The notes beneath the pieces were generated by a model, which was not told where the DNA came from, made no database searches, and saw nothing but the letters and a program-made list of their open reading frames with translations. This document shows positions 50,803 to 62,085 of a stretch of 64,000 nucleotides of DNA, piece by piece. The position numbers and the translations under genes were made by a program. The stretch comes from an uncultured Verrucomicrobia subdivision 3 bacterium (GTDB taxonomy: Bacteria; Verrucomicrobiota; Verrucomicrobiia; Limisphaerales; UBA11358), in assembly GCA_903922735.1 (NCBI GenBank), contig CAIXUZ010000049.1:16636-80635 (forward strand). The letters run 5' to 3'. Position 1 is the first letter of the stretch, and the number at the start of each line of letters is the position of its first letter.

Positions 50803-53271
50803 ATGCACCCCCATAAACTCCTCCGGGCGACCGTTGCTACGGTTGCATTTTTCGCCACCGCCACCGCGCTGCACGCCAGCGAGGCCGACTTGAAAATCCC
50901 CCCCCTCGGCGCCGTCAAGTTTGACGGGCTGTTTGGCATCTCCGGCATCCAGTTGATGTATATGGGCATTTTGATGTGCGCCATCGGTGCGACGTTCGGC
51001 TTGGTGCAATACTGGCAGACCAAATCCCTGCCCGTTCACAAATCCATGGCGGCGGTTTCACAGACGATTTGGGAGACTTGCAAAACCTACCTGTTTCAAC
51101 AGGGAAAATTTTTAGCCATCCTCTGGCTGCTCATCGGCGGTTGCATCTTTTTCTACTTCAAAGTGCTGGAAGAAAAAAGCTATGGCGACGTCATCGTCAT
51201 TCTGCTGGCCTCCATCCTTGGCATTCTCGGCAGCTACGGGGTGGCATGGTTCGGAATTCGCATCAATACCACCGCCAACAGCCGCACTTCGTTCGCGGCG
51301 CTGAAGGGCACGCCGGTCACCGTCGTTGGCATCCCGCTCCGCTCGGGCATGAGCGTCGGATTGTTGCTCGTCTCGGTGGAATTGTTCTTCATGATCTGCA
51401 TCTTGATTTTCCTGCCAAACAAGCTGGTCGGCCCCTGCTTCATCGGCTTTGCCATCGGTGAATCGCTCGGCGCCAGCGTGCTGCGCATCTGCGGCGGCAT
51501 CTTCACCAAGATTGCCGACATCGGTTCCGACCTGATGAAAATCGTCTTCAAACTTCCTGAAGATGATCCGAAGAATCCCGGTGTCATTGCGGATTGCACC
51601 GGCGACAACGCCGGCGACAGCGTCGGACCGACGGCGGACGGTTTTGAAACCTACGGCGTCACCGGCGTCGCACTCATCGCCTTTCTCTCGCTGGCCCTGG
51701 CGGCCCCCGAATCACAATCCACTTGCGCCACGCTCATCATCTGGCTGTTCGTCATGCGGGCTTTGATGATCGTCACTTCGTTGGTTTCCTATTTTCTGAA
51801 CGAAGGCATCACCCAGGCAAAATTCGGCGGCAAAAAAGATTTTGACTTTGAAGCCCCGCTCACGCATTTGGTTTGGATCACCTCAGCCGTGTCCATCGTC
51901 ATCACGTTCATTGCCAGTTTTCTGCTGCTATCCAAACAAACTGGCATTGATTCAAATCTGTGGTGGGTGCTGTCGGCCATCATTTCGTGCGGCACCGTGG
52001 CGGGCGCGGTGATCCCTGAATTCACCAAGGTTTTCACCAGCACCAACTCGCAGCACGTCAAAGAAGTGACCACCTGCTCCAAACACGGCGGCGCGTCGCT
52101 GAACATCCTGTCCGGCTTTGTCGCGGGCAATTTCTCCGCGTTCTGGATGGGACTCTGCATCCTTTTCCTGATGTTTTGCGCCAGCCTGCTGTCAAATTAC
52201 ACCGACTCGCCGATCATCGCGCTGATGCCGGAGAAATTCAAGTTTGCCGCGCCCATCTTCGCTTTCGGCCTGGTCGCCTTCGGTTTCCTGGGCATGGGGC
52301 CGGTGACGATTGCCGTGGACAGCTACGGACCGGTGACCGACAACGCCCAATCCGTCTATGAATTGAGCCGCATCGAAGCGCAGCCAAACATCGCTGCTGA
52401 AATTGAAAAAGATTTCGGCTTCAAGCCGGATTTTGAAAACGCCAAGCATCTGCTCGAAAAAAACGACGGCGCCGGCAACACCTTCAAGGCCACCGCCAAG
52501 CCGGTGCTCATCGGCACCGCCGTCGTCGGCGCAACCACGATGGTTTTCGGCATCATTATTTTGCTGGAAAATATGTTCGGTAACGTCATTGCGCATTTGA
52601 GCCTGGTGCAGCCGGAAATCATTCTCGGCCTGCTTATGGGCGGCGCGGTGATTTATTGGTTCACCGGCGCGAGCACGCAAGCCGTCGTCACCGGCTCCTA
52701 TCGGGCCGTGGTTTATATCCAGGACCACATGAAACTCGACGCCACCACCGCTTCGGAAGCCGACAGCAAGGAAGTCGTCCGCATCTGCACCGTCTATGCG
52801 CAGAAAGGCATGTGGAACATCTTCATCGTCATCTTCTGCCTCGCACTGTCGCTGGCGTTTTTTAACCCGTATTTCTTCATCGGCTACCTCGTCGGCATTG
52901 CCTTCTTCGGCTTGTATCAAGCCATCTTCATGGCCAATGCCGGCGGCGCGTGGGACAACGCCAAGAAAATCGTCGAAGTGGATCTCCGCCAAAAAGGCAC
53001 GCCGCTGCACGCCGCCACCGTCGTCGGCGACACCGTGGGCGATCCGTTCAAAGACACGTCGTCCGTGGCGCTGAATCCCGTGATCAAATTCACTACGCTC
53101 TTCGGCCTACTCGCGGTGGAAATCGCCGTGACCATCCAGCAACAAAGCGTCAAAACCCTCATCGGCGGCTTTTTCTTCCTCATCGCCCTGGTGTTCATCT
53201 ATCGCTCGTTCTACAGCATGCGGATCCCGGAAGAAGATTTGCAGGCGGATGCGGCGCCCAAGAATCACTGA
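50803..53271 (+). CDS. hppA: Membrane-bound ion-translocating pyrophosphatase
   Basis: GGIFTKIADIGSDL, EDDPKNPGVIADCTGDNAGD, DSYGPVTDNA, GNTFKA, GGAWDNAKK, GDTVGDPFKDTS; many TM segments. Confidence 0.95.
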   Translation: MHPHKLLRATVATVAFFATATALHASEADLKIPPLGAVKFDGLFGISGIQLMYMGILMCAIGATFGLVQYWQTKSLPVHKSMAAVSQTIWETCKTYLFQQGKFLAILWLLIGGCIFFYFKVLEEKSYGDVIVILLASILGILGSYGVAWFGIRINTTANSRTSFAALKGTPVTVVGIPLRSGMSVGLLLVSVELFFMICILIFLPNKLVGPCFIGFAIGESLGASVLRICGGIFTKIADIGSDLMKIVFKLPEDDPKNPGVIADCTGDNAGDSVGPTADGFETYGVTGVALIAFLSLALAAPESQSTCATLIIWLFVMRALMIVTSLVSYFLNEGITQAKFGGKKDFDFEAPLTHLVWITSAVSIVITFIASFLLLSKQTGIDSNLWWVLSAIISCGTVAGAVIPEFTKVFTSTNSQHVKEVTTCSKHGGASLNILSGFVAGNFSAFWMGLCILFLMFCASLLSNYTDSPIIALMPEKFKFAAPIFAFGLVAFGFLGMGPVTIAVDSYGPVTDNAQSVYELSRIEAQPNIAAEIEKDFGFKPDFENAKHLLEKNDGAGNTFKATAKPVLIGTAVVGATTMVFGIIILLENMFGNVIAHLSLVQPEIILGLLMGGAVIYWFTGASTQAVVTGSYRAVVYIQDHMKLDATTASEADSKEVVRICTVYAQKGMWNIFIVIFCLALSLAFFNPYFFIGYLVGIAFFGLYQAIFMANAGGAWDNAKKIVEVDLRQKGTPLHAATVVGDTVGDPFKDTSSVALNPVIKFTTLFGLLAVEIAVTIQQQSVKTLIGGFFFLIALVFIYRSFYSMRIPEEDLQADAAPKNH

Positions 53272-53287
53272 TCATATTCCAGCCCCG

Positions 53288-53325
53288 AACGGCAGGGTCA
53301 TCTGACCCTGCCGTTTTTTATTTTT
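53288..53325 (+). terminator. Rho-independent terminator after hppA
   Basis: AACGGCAGGGTCA-TC-TGACCCTGCCGTT followed by a T run. Confidence 0.88.
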
Positions 53326-53628
53326 GCCACGAAATTTTGAAAGTTGACGTCCATTGCCAATGGGGCCGGACCGAATTTATTCAGAAAACTCTATAAAAAT
53401 TGCGCGGAGCACGGTGTGGTCTCCGGCCGGGGAATCATGTCAGGGTCAATTAGAGTCACGGTCTCGACGTTTCATCTTTTGCAGAGATTCCTGTCAGGGT
53501 TCACATTTCGCGCACAATTCGCTTTCAAAAACTTGACGCCCACCGTCAATTTGCGAGTCTTGACCCTCGCATCCCAACGACTGAACAACCACTGACGCGC
53601 TCATTTTGGAGATGCCTGTCCTACATCT

Positions 53629-56049
53629 ATGAAGACGACAATGACTATAAAAACCTCCAGACTCAGGATGCTATTGGCGCTGTTAATCGGCATCCCTGCC
53701 TCTGGCCTGCTATCAGGCACCGTTCCAGCAAACGGACAAATTCAGCTTTGGTATCAACAACCGGCCAGACGCTGGTCTGAAGCCTTGCCGCTCGGCAACG
53801 GTCGGCTGGGCGCGATGGTCTTTGGCGGTGTGAGCGATGAACACATTCAGTTTAACGAAAGCACACTCTGGACCGGTTATCCGCACGAGTATCAGCACGA
53901 GGGAGCGGTGAAATTTCTGCCGCAAATACGTGCGCTGTTGAACGAAGGTCGCGCTCTTGACCGCGAAGCTGCCGCGCTGGAAAAGGCCGGCCAGAAAGTC
54001 AACGCGACTGAAAAAGCCAAAGCCGCGCGCGCCAAACAAAAAGAGGCGGAAGACATTGCCGGCAAAGAATTTATGGGCGTACCGATACGTCAAAAAGCGT
54101 ATCAGGCGTTTGGTGATTTGCGGATTGCGTTCCCCGCATCGACAAACTTCGCTGATTATCGCCGCGACCTTGACCTCGATTCCGCCGTGGCGCATGTGAC
54201 CTATCGCATCGGCGACACGACGTTCACCCGCGAATGTTTCGCGACGTTTCCAGATCAAGTCATCATCTGGCGCGTGGCGGCGAACAAGAAGGGCGCGGTA
54301 AATTTTACCGCCAAACTCGACAGTCTGCACAAATCCGCGCAGATCGCCATGCGCGGCGGCCAGCAACTCGCATTGTCCGGCCAGGTTGAAGAAGGCGGCG
54401 TAAAATTTGAAGCCCGCATCGAAGTCCGCGCCGATGGCGGCAAGGTGATGGCGAATGATCAGAGCATCACGGTTGAGAACGCAAACTCCGCAATGCTGAT
54501 CCTGGCGGCGGCGACCAGCCACAAGAATTTCACCGACATCACCGCCGACCCGACGGCACGTTGCCAAGCGGCGCTGGCGGGCGCAGCGAAAAAAGATTTT
54601 GCCACGCTGCTCAAGGCCCACACCGCGGATCATCAGGCAATGTTCCGGCGCGTGTCCCTCAACCTCGGCCAATCCGACGCGGCGAAATTACCCACCGACC
54701 AGCGGCTCAAGGACTTCGCCACCGGCAACGATCCCGACCTCGCCGCGCTGACATTTCAATACGGCCGCTACCTGCTTATCGCCAGCAGCCGCCCCGGCGG
54801 TCAGCCGGCGAATTTGCAGGGCATTTGGAATGATTCACTCAAGCCGGCCTGGGACAGCAAATGGACGGTGAACATCAACACCGAGATGAATTACTGGCCC
54901 GCCGAGGTGGCCAATCTTTCCGAATGCACCGCGCCGCTCTTCGATATGATCGCCGACTGTGCCGTAACCGGGGCCAAGACCGCACAGGCTCATTACGGTG
55001 CGCGCGGCTGGGTGTTACACCACAATACCGACCTCTGGCGCGGCACGGCGCCGATCAACGCCAGCAACCACGGCATTTGGGTCACCGGCGGCTCGTGGCT
55101 TTGCCAGCATCTGTGGGAACACTATCTCTTTACCGGCGACAAACAATTTCTCGCTGGGCGCGCCTATCCGTTGATGCACGATGCGGCGCTGTTCTTCACC
55201 GAATACATCACGCGCGACCCGATCACCGGCAAGCTTGTCAGCGGGCCGTCGAATTCACCCGAACAAGGCGGTCTCGTAATGGGACCGACGATGGATCACG
55301 AAATCATCCGTGCGTTGTTCGCCAACACGGCGGCAGCGGCAAGAATTCTTGAGCGTGACGAAAAATTTGCCGCGCGGCTCGACGCGATGAGCCGGGAAAT
55401 CGTGCCGTTGCAGATTGGCCAATATGGCCAGCTTCAGGAATGGGTCGAGGACAAGGACGACCCAAAGAATCATCATCGTCATGTCTCGCACCTTTGGGCG
55501 GTTTATCCCGGCAATGAAATCACGCCGGCACAGACGAATTTATTTGCTGCCGCGCGGCAGTCGCTGCTTTTTCGCGGCGACGAGGCCACCGGCTGGAGCA
55601 TGGGCTGGAAAATCAATCTCTGGGCACGCTTTCTTGACGGCGACCATGCCAACCAGATGCTGAAGTTGCTGATCAAACCGCTCGCGGACAAAGGCACGAT
55701 GGGCGGCGGTGGAATGTATCCAAATTTGTTTGATGCGCATCCGCCGTTCCAGATTGATGGCAATTTCGGTGCGGCTTCCGGCATCGCGGAAATGCTGCTG
55801 CAAAGCCAGAACGACGAAATCGTCTTGCTTCCGGCGCTGCCGAAAGACTGGCCGGCGGGCAATGTGAATGGCTTGCGCGCGCGCGGCGGTTTTGAAGTGA
55901 ATATCACCTGGGCAAACGGCCGGTTGGATAAGGCTGAAGTCAAATCCCTGCTCGGCCACCCGCTCCGGGTTCGCTATGGCAAACAAACGACGGAGTTAAA
56001 AACCAAGCCCAACCAAATCATCAGATTCGATGAACAACTCCACCACTGA
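53629..56049 (+). CDS. Secreted glycoside hydrolase family 95 (alpha-L-fucosidase-like)
   Basis: Signal peptide; [62 protein letters not shown]. Confidence 0.94.
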   Translation: MKTTMTIKTSRLRMLLALLIGIPASGLLSGTVPANGQIQLWYQQPARRWSEALPLGNGRLGAMVFGGVSDEHIQFNESTLWTGYPHEYQHEGAVKFLPQIRALLNEGRALDREAAALEKAGQKVNATEKAKAARAKQKEAEDIAGKEFMGVPIRQKAYQAFGDLRIAFPASTNFADYRRDLDLDSAVAHVTYRIGDTTFTRECFATFPDQVIIWRVAANKKGAVNFTAKLDSLHKSAQIAMRGGQQLALSGQVEEGGVKFEARIEVRADGGKVMANDQSITVENANSAMLILAAATSHKNFTDITADPTARCQAALAGAAKKDFATLLKAHTADHQAMFRRVSLNLGQSDAAKLPTDQRLKDFATGNDPDLAALTFQYGRYLLIASSRPGGQPANLQGIWNDSLKPAWDSKWTVNINTEMNYWPAEVANLSECTAPLFDMIADCAVTGAKTAQAHYGARGWVLHHNTDLWRGTAPINASNHGIWVTGGSWLCQHLWEHYLFTGDKQFLAGRAYPLMHDAALFFTEYITRDPITGKLVSGPSNSPEQGGLVMGPTMDHEIIRALFANTAAAARILERDEKFAARLDAMSREIVPLQIGQYGQLQEWVEDKDDPKNHHRHVSHLWAVYPGNEITPAQTNLFAAARQSLLFRGDEATGWSMGWKINLWARFLDGDHANQMLKLLIKPLADKGTMGGGGMYPNLFDAHPPFQIDGNFGAASGIAEMLLQSQNDEIVLLPALPKDWPAGNVNGLRARGGFEVNITWANGRLDKAEVKSLLGHPLRVRYGKQTTELKTKPNQIIRFDEQLHH

Positions 56050-56075
56050 CGGACCATCATCCCGTGGCATAACCA

Positions 56076-56822
56076 ATGACTGCAACGCCCGCCGCCAGAA
56101 TCTCTAGTTGGCTGGAAGCCGCCATTGGTCTGGTTTTTCCGGAAACCTGCCAGTTGTGCAAGAATGGCCGCGCCCAACCCCGCGATGGTTATGTGTGCGG
56201 CACCTGCTGGTCGCAAGTCCGCTTCATCCGCCCGCCGTTTTGCGAGCGTTGCGGCCTGCCCTATCCCGGCGACCTCACCACTTCATTTGTCTGCTCGAAT
56301 TGCAGCGGGCTGGAATTGCATTTCTCCGCCGCGCGCTCGGCCGTCGTCGCCAAAAGTGTCGTGCTGGAGGCCATCCACCGGTACAAATATCAACACGCTC
56401 TCTGGTTTGAAAAATTTCTCGCCGACCTGCTCGTGCGCGCGGCCACGACGGAGTTGAAAAGGGAATGCTGGGATTTTATCATTCCCGTCCCGCTCCATCC
56501 GCTCAAGTTGCGCGAACGCGAATTCAACCAAGCTGGACGCCTCGCCCGGCATTTGAGCCGGGCCGTGAACCTTCCGCTGGATGAAATATCACTCCGCCGC
56601 ATCACGCCCACGGCGACCCAGACGCTGCTCACCCGCGAACAACGCGCCGCCAACATGAAAAACGCCTTTGCCGTTCTGCCCGGCGTGCGGCTGGACGGAA
56701 AACGAATTGTCCTGGTGGACGATGTTTTCACCACCGGAGCCACCACCGGCGCCTGCGCACGGGCTTTGCGGCAGGCGGGCGCAACGGATGTTTGCGTCTG
56801 GACAGTTGCCCGCGGACTTTGA
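56076..56822 (+). CDS. comF: ComF family protein (double zinc ribbon + PRTase)
   Basis: Four CxxC pairs, PVPLH...R.FNQA, LVDDVFTTGAT. Confidence 0.9.
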   Translation: MTATPAARISSWLEAAIGLVFPETCQLCKNGRAQPRDGYVCGTCWSQVRFIRPPFCERCGLPYPGDLTTSFVCSNCSGLELHFSAARSAVVAKSVVLEAIHRYKYQHALWFEKFLADLLVRAATTELKRECWDFIIPVPLHPLKLREREFNQAGRLARHLSRAVNLPLDEISLRRITPTATQTLLTREQRAANMKNAFAVLPGVRLDGKRIVLVDDVFTTGATTGACARALRQAGATDVCVWTVARGL

Positions 56823-56837
56823 ATAATCTGGCCAATC

Positions 56838-57767
56838 ATGGCGACTAAATTTCTTACCAAAGAAAAGATGGGCGTGGAACAGGTGGAACCGGCATTGACG
56901 CCACCCCTGGAAAGACCGACGCTGCCCCAAAAGCCCAAGCTGGGCACCTCGAAATCCCGCAAACGGGATATTCCCGAAGGTCTGTGGACGAAATGCCCGA
57001 CCTGCAGCACGATGATTTTCGACAAGGAACTGGACGAAAACCTCAAGGTTTGCCTGAAATGCGGCCATCATTTCCCCATCGGCTCCCGTGAACGCATCCA
57101 TTCCCTGGTCGAAACCTGTTCCTTTGAAGAAATGGACGCCAACATGGCCAGCGTGGACGTGCTCGGCTTTAAAGGGGTCGCCACCTATAAATCCAAGCTC
57201 GAAGCCTATCGGAAATCCACCACGCTCAAAGACGCTGTCGTCACCGGCATCTGTAAAATCGGCCCGCACCGCGTGGCGCTCGGCGTGATGGATTTCGGTT
57301 TTCTCGGCGGCTCCATGGGTTCCGTCGTCGGTGAAAAGCTCACCCGGCTCATTGAACGCGGCACGGAAGGCCGGTTGCCGGTCATCATTATTTCCACCAG
57401 CGGCGGTGCGCGGATGTATGAAGGCATGTTCAGCCTCATGCAGATGGCCAAGACCAGCGCCGCCCTCGCCTACCACGCCCAGCAACGCCTGCCTTACCTC
57501 AGCGTGCTGACCCATCCGACCACCGCCGGCGTCATGGCCAGCTATGCCACCCTGGGCGATTTGATTCTGGCGGAACCCAAGGCCATGATTGGCTTTGCCG
57601 GTCCGCGCGTGATCAAGGACACCACGCAGGCAGAACTGCCGCCGGGCTTTCAAACGGCGGAATTCCTCCTCGACCACGGCCTGATTGACGCCATCGTGCC
57701 GCGCAAGGAAATGAAGGAACGCCTCATCGAGTATCTCCACTACGTCACCGCCGGGAAAAAAGACTGA
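56838..57767 (+). CDS. accD: Acetyl-CoA carboxylase carboxyltransferase beta subunit
   Basis: GLWTKCPTC...CLKC, FLGGSMG..VGEK, SGGARMYEG..SLMQMAK, IGFAGPRVI, FQTAEFLL.HG. Confidence 0.96.
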   Translation: MATKFLTKEKMGVEQVEPALTPPLERPTLPQKPKLGTSKSRKRDIPEGLWTKCPTCSTMIFDKELDENLKVCLKCGHHFPIGSRERIHSLVETCSFEEMDANMASVDVLGFKGVATYKSKLEAYRKSTTLKDAVVTGICKIGPHRVALGVMDFGFLGGSMGSVVGEKLTRLIERGTEGRLPVIIISTSGGARMYEGMFSLMQMAKTSAALAYHAQQRLPYLSVLTHPTTAGVMASYATLGDLILAEPKAMIGFAGPRVIKDTTQAELPPGFQTAEFLLDHGLIDAIVPRKEMKERLIEYLHYVTAGKKD

Positions 57768-57896
57768 AGCGCTCACGCTTCGCCACCCAGGGTTGCCAGC
57801 TACCACTCTTTACCACTCTTAGGCCGGCACAAAACCAACCCCCGCCGGCGAACTGGTGTTTGACTATTGACCAACGTTGACAAAGAATCGGCCTGT

Positions 57897-60674
57897 ATGC
57901 GTCACGGACGAAGCAATTTTTTTCTGCTGCCGGTTATCTTCGTGATTACGATCGCCGAGTTTCTTTTTGACATGGCGACGCCCGTGGGAATATCTGATTG
58001 GGTTCTGTATTTCATTCCCCTGACGCTGACGGTCTTTGTCGGCACCCGTTATTTCCCGTATCTGCTGGCCGGACTATTTACTGTGCTGATGTTTTCCGGG
58101 CTCTATTTGTCTCCCGCCGGTGCTCCCACCAGCCTCGCGTTGACCGGACGGTCAATTGGCATGATTGGTTTGTGGGTGATGGCCCTGATTATTGCCGAGC
58201 GAAAAGCCATTGAAGGCGCTCTTCGCCACACCCAACGCACCTTGAAGACCATCAGCGAATGCAATCAGGTGCTCGTGCGCGCCTCCAGCGAATCGGAACT
58301 GCTTCACGAAGTTTGCCGCATCATCGTGGAAGACGGCGGCTATCGGCTGGCCTGGGTCGGCTTCCCGGTAAATAACGAGGAAAAATCGGTGACTATCGCG
58401 GCCTTCGCCGGTTGCGATGAAGGCTATTTGGATAGCCTGCAAATCACCTGGGCCGATCAGGAACGCGGGCGCGGACCCGTCGGCACCTGCCTCCGCGAAG
58501 GTCAAATGGTCATTTGTCGCAATTTCCTGGCCGACCCTAAAACCGCCCCCTGGCATGAGGCCGCATCCAAACGCGGCTTCGCCTCCATGATCTCCCTGCC
58601 CTTGTTGAATGAGAAAAAAGTCTTCGCCGTGCTTTCCATATACGCCAAGGAAGCGAACGCATTTGCCGACGAAGAAGTTCGCCTGCTCAACGAACTGGCG
58701 GGGGATTTGACCTTCGGCATCATCACCCAGCGCGCGCACCTCGAACAGCAGCAGGCGGAAACGGCCCTGGAGAATGAACGCAACCTGTTGCGCACCCTGA
58801 TCGACAATATTCCCGACTCCGTCTATGTGCGGGATCTGGCCAACCGCTATGTGCTCGCCAACAAGACCCTCGCCCGGCGATTGGGAGTGGCCGACCCCGC
58901 CGCGGTGATTGGCAAGACCGACGCGGATTTTTTCGACGCGACCCACGCGGCCAACGGCGCCCTAATCGACCGCGAAATTTTCGCCGGGAAACTTTATCTT
59001 AACTTCGAGCAAACCCATCCGTTCCCCGACGGCAAACTGCGCACCATTCTTGCCAACAAAGTGCCCCTGTATGATGCGCGGGGGGCGGTGACCGGCCTGG
59101 TCGGCATCGGGCGCGACATCACCGAGCGCAAGCTGGCGGACGAAAAAATCCGCGAACAGGCCGAGTTGCTCAACCTCGCCCACGATGCCATCACCATCCG
59201 CGACCTCGACCATCGCATCACTTATTGGAACCGCAGCGCTGAACGCATCTACGGGTGGACGGACGCCGAAGCCCTCGGCCAACCCATCCATCAGCTATTG
59301 AAGCTGGAACCAACCAAAATGGCCGAAGCCCGGCAGTTTTTGCTGGAGAACGGCTATTGGGTCGGCGAATTAACCGCCCGGACCAAAGACCGGCGCGAAG
59401 TGCTGGTGGAATCCAGTTGGACCCTCGTGCGCAACGCCGATGGTCAGCCCCAGTCGGTGCTCGCCTTCAGCGTCGATATCACCGAACAGCGGAAATTGGA
59501 ACATCAGGTTGCCCGCAACCAGCGGATTGAAAGCCTCGGCACCCTTTCCAGCGGCATCGCCCACGACCTCAACAACGTCCTGACCCCGATCATGATGTCC
59601 ATCGGTCTGCTCAAAGATCAGGCCCATGATCCAACCGTTTCCAAGCTCGTCGCCGGCCTTGAATCCAGCACCCAGCGCGGCGCCCAGCTCGTGAAGCAAA
59701 TTCTCACTTTCGGACGCGGCGTCAAAGGCGAGCGCATCCCGGTCAGCCTGCGCACCGTCGCCCGTGAAATACAACTGCTCATCCAGGAAACCTTCCCCAA
59801 GTCCATCCAGTTGGAATGCAACCTGCCTGACAGTCTTTGGATCGTCATCGGCGACCCCACGCAAATCGACCAGATTTTGCTAAACCTCGCCATCAACGCC
59901 CGCGACGCCATGCCCAACGGCGGCAAACTCACCTTCACCTTTGAGAATACGGTTGTGGATCAAGCCACGGCGGCAATTAATTCAGAAATCCGCCCCGGTT
60001 CCTACGTCTGCATCCACATCACGGACACCGGCATTGGGATGACGAAAGAGATCATTGCGCGGATATTTGACCCGTTCTTTACCACCAAGCCGACCGGTCA
60101 GGGCACCGGCCTCGGCCTTTCCACCACTTTGGGCATCGTCAAAAGTCATGGCGGCTTCATCAATGTTTACAGCGAACCCGGCAAAGGCAGTATTTTCAAA
60201 GTTTACCTCCCCGCCCAAGCCTCCGGCGAATTCACCGAAGCGGAACCTCAAAGAGAACAAAAGTTAGCGAGTGGCCGCGGTGAACTCGTCCTGCTGGTGG
60301 ACGATGAGGAAGCCATTTGCTCCACCGTCAAAAAGATTCTTGAACGGTTCGGCTACCGGGTGCTCACCGCCGCCAACGGCGCGGAAGCCATCTCGCTCTA
60401 TGCCACCCATGGCAAGGACATCGCCGTCGTCATCACCGACATGCACATGCCCATCATGGACGGCCCGGCCACCATCATCGCCCTCCAAGCCATAAACCCC
60501 CGCGTCAAGATCATCGGCTCCAGCGGCCTGGCTGCCAACGGCGGCGTCGCCAAAGCCGCCAGTTCCGGCGTGCGCCATTTTGTGCCCAAACCCTATTCCA
60601 CGGAAAAAATCCTCCGCACCCTGCGCGATATCCTGGAAAATCGCCTTGAGGAAGAAAACAACCCGAGCATCTGA
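57897..60674 (+). CDS. Membrane hybrid sensor histidine kinase (GAF, two PAS, kinase, receiver)
   Basis: N-terminal TM helices, GAF (GYRLAWVG...GRGPVG), PAS domains, H-box GIAHDLNNVL, FDPFFTTK..GTGLGL, receiver LVDDE...TDMHMP...KP. Confidence 0.92.
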   Translation: MRHGRSNFFLLPVIFVITIAEFLFDMATPVGISDWVLYFIPLTLTVFVGTRYFPYLLAGLFTVLMFSGLYLSPAGAPTSLALTGRSIGMIGLWVMALIIAERKAIEGALRHTQRTLKTISECNQVLVRASSESELLHEVCRIIVEDGGYRLAWVGFPVNNEEKSVTIAAFAGCDEGYLDSLQITWADQERGRGPVGTCLREGQMVICRNFLADPKTAPWHEAASKRGFASMISLPLLNEKKVFAVLSIYAKEANAFADEEVRLLNELAGDLTFGIITQRAHLEQQQAETALENERNLLRTLIDNIPDSVYVRDLANRYVLANKTLARRLGVADPAAVIGKTDADFFDATHAANGALIDREIFAGKLYLNFEQTHPFPDGKLRTILANKVPLYDARGAVTGLVGIGRDITERKLADEKIREQAELLNLAHDAITIRDLDHRITYWNRSAERIYGWTDAEALGQPIHQLLKLEPTKMAEARQFLLENGYWVGELTARTKDRREVLVESSWTLVRNADGQPQSVLAFSVDITEQRKLEHQVARNQRIESLGTLSSGIAHDLNNVLTPIMMSIGLLKDQAHDPTVSKLVAGLESSTQRGAQLVKQILTFGRGVKGERIPVSLRTVAREIQLLIQETFPKSIQLECNLPDSLWIVIGDPTQIDQILLNLAINARDAMPNGGKLTFTFENTVVDQATAAINSEIRPGSYVCIHITDTGIGMTKEIIARIFDPFFTTKPTGQGTGLGLSTTLGIVKSHGGFINVYSEPGKGSIFKVYLPAQASGEFTEAEPQREQKLASGRGELVLLVDDEEAICSTVKKILERFGYRVLTAANGAEAISLYATHGKDIAVVITDMHMPIMDGPATIIALQAINPRVKIIGSSGLAANGGVAKAASSGVRHFVPKPYSTEKILRTLRDILENRLEEENNPSI

Positions 60675-60836
60675 TCTTACACCAGACCGAACGGACCGAT
60701 CCGCGCGGAAACGGAATTGAATCTCAGATAGTCATCAACCTAGTCCCAGCTCCACCCACCGGCCGTGTTCCCTGACCGAATGCCTTGATTCCGTCACAAA
60801 ATACCTTGGAAATGACCCAAAACGACACGGGAATGC

Positions 60837-61046
60837 CAAAAAGGAAGGTTCGGATACCAAAAAGGAAGGTTCCAAAATCAAAAAGGAAGGTTCGGATGCG
60901 GCAAAAGAACCTTCCGATGGAACAAAAGAAGGTTCCTAAATGAAAAAGGAAAGTTTGAATGCGACAAAAGAACCTTCCGAAATCAAAAAAGAACCTTCCG
61001 AAATCAAAAAGGAAGGTTCCCAAACGACCAAGGAACCCGCATTCAA
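60837..61046. repeat. Tandem array of about ten degenerate 21-bp repeats with GAA-NN-TTC core
   Basis: CAAAAAGGAAGGTTCGGATAC / CAAAAAGGAAGGTTCCAAAAT / GGCAAAAGAACCTTCCGATGG / GACAAAAGAACCTTCCGAAAT etc.; the 21-bp phase continues weakly back to about 60774. Confidence 0.9.
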
Positions 61047-61246
61047 TATCTACGGTCAAAATCCCCTGCCCTGACCATCTCCGGCAGACAAAAATCGAAC
61101 GCCTTTCACAACCCATTCAGAATGAATTAAATATACTGATGAGTATTTCTTGAAGATTAGCCGGACTATTGTATGATAAAAACCGTCAGACAGGCCTGAA
61201 GTTTGACCTTGCCTGAAACGGTAAACATCAAAGTAAATAAAAAATT

Positions 61247-61948
61247 ATGGATGCTGTCTGGGGCTCCGGCCAAACGTGGGGTTCAAAAGGGTTGGCTTGG
61301 GGATCAGGCACAAGAAAGGACCTCAATATGCCACTCATTCATGTTTCATTGGGCTTCATGGAATACAAGGACTACGAACTGGACGACTTTGCCACCAAAG
61401 TGGTCATCGACTGCACCGCCAATGCGGGCACCTTGGGCACTCTGCCAGTGTCGATGACGGTGTTGGACGGCGCGCAAAAGAGTTTCCACACCGCCCTTTC
61501 TCTGGTCAAAGGCGGCGGCACTGACACCACCGCGGATAAAACCGCCAAACGCCTCACCCTGCTGGGCCTCCTGCGCCAAAATGCGCTAGCCCTCCAAGCC
61601 AAACCCGGTTTGACCGAAACCGACGTGAATTTGAGCGGCTACAAACCCGTCGTGTCCGGTTCCCATGCGCCCGTGGCCGTGAACGTGCCGGCCATCCTCG
61701 ATGTCATCAACGTGGCCTCCACCAAGCTGGGCTTTAAGATCACGCCGGTGGCGGGCGCGGTTTTTTACGAATTTCAAGGCAAGGTGGGGAACAATCCGGC
61801 GCAACTGCTGGGCACCGTCAAGAGCACCCGGAACATTGTCATGGAGAACCTGATATCCGGCACGACGTATGTCCTGCAAGTGCGCGCCGGTTATGGCGGC
61901 AACCGCTTCAGCGAGTGGAGCGAGCCGGTCACCCACATGTGCACCTAG
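61247..61948 (+). CDS. Helical domain + fibronectin type III-like domain protein (copy B)
   Basis: C-terminal PVAGAVFYEFQ...MENLISGTTYVLQVRA...SEWSEP FN3 pattern; same length and layout as 28841..29557; second Met at residue 28. Confidence 0.8.
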   Translation: MDAVWGSGQTWGSKGLAWGSGTRKDLNMPLIHVSLGFMEYKDYELDDFATKVVIDCTANAGTLGTLPVSMTVLDGAQKSFHTALSLVKGGGTDTTADKTAKRLTLLGLLRQNALALQAKPGLTETDVNLSGYKPVVSGSHAPVAVNVPAILDVINVASTKLGFKITPVAGAVFYEFQGKVGNNPAQLLGTVKSTRNIVMENLISGTTYVLQVRAGYGGNRFSEWSEPVTHMCT

Positions 61949-61957
61949 GGAGAATTT

Positions 61958-62036
61958 CCCCGCGAGATTCGTTTTAGGCAAGAGAGTTCCTTCTTTCCTC
62001 TCTTGCGGTTGCCGGGTCTCGCGGGGTTTTTATTTT
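61958..62036 (+). terminator. Long hairpin terminator after FN3-like gene B
   Basis: CCCCGCGAGA...GCAAGAGAG...CTCTCTTGC...TCTCGCGGGG followed by TTTTTATTTT. Confidence 0.7.
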
Positions 62037-62085
62037 CCCGCGCCAAGGAGACGGACTGAAGATCTTCAGGTTAGTTCGGCAACCG

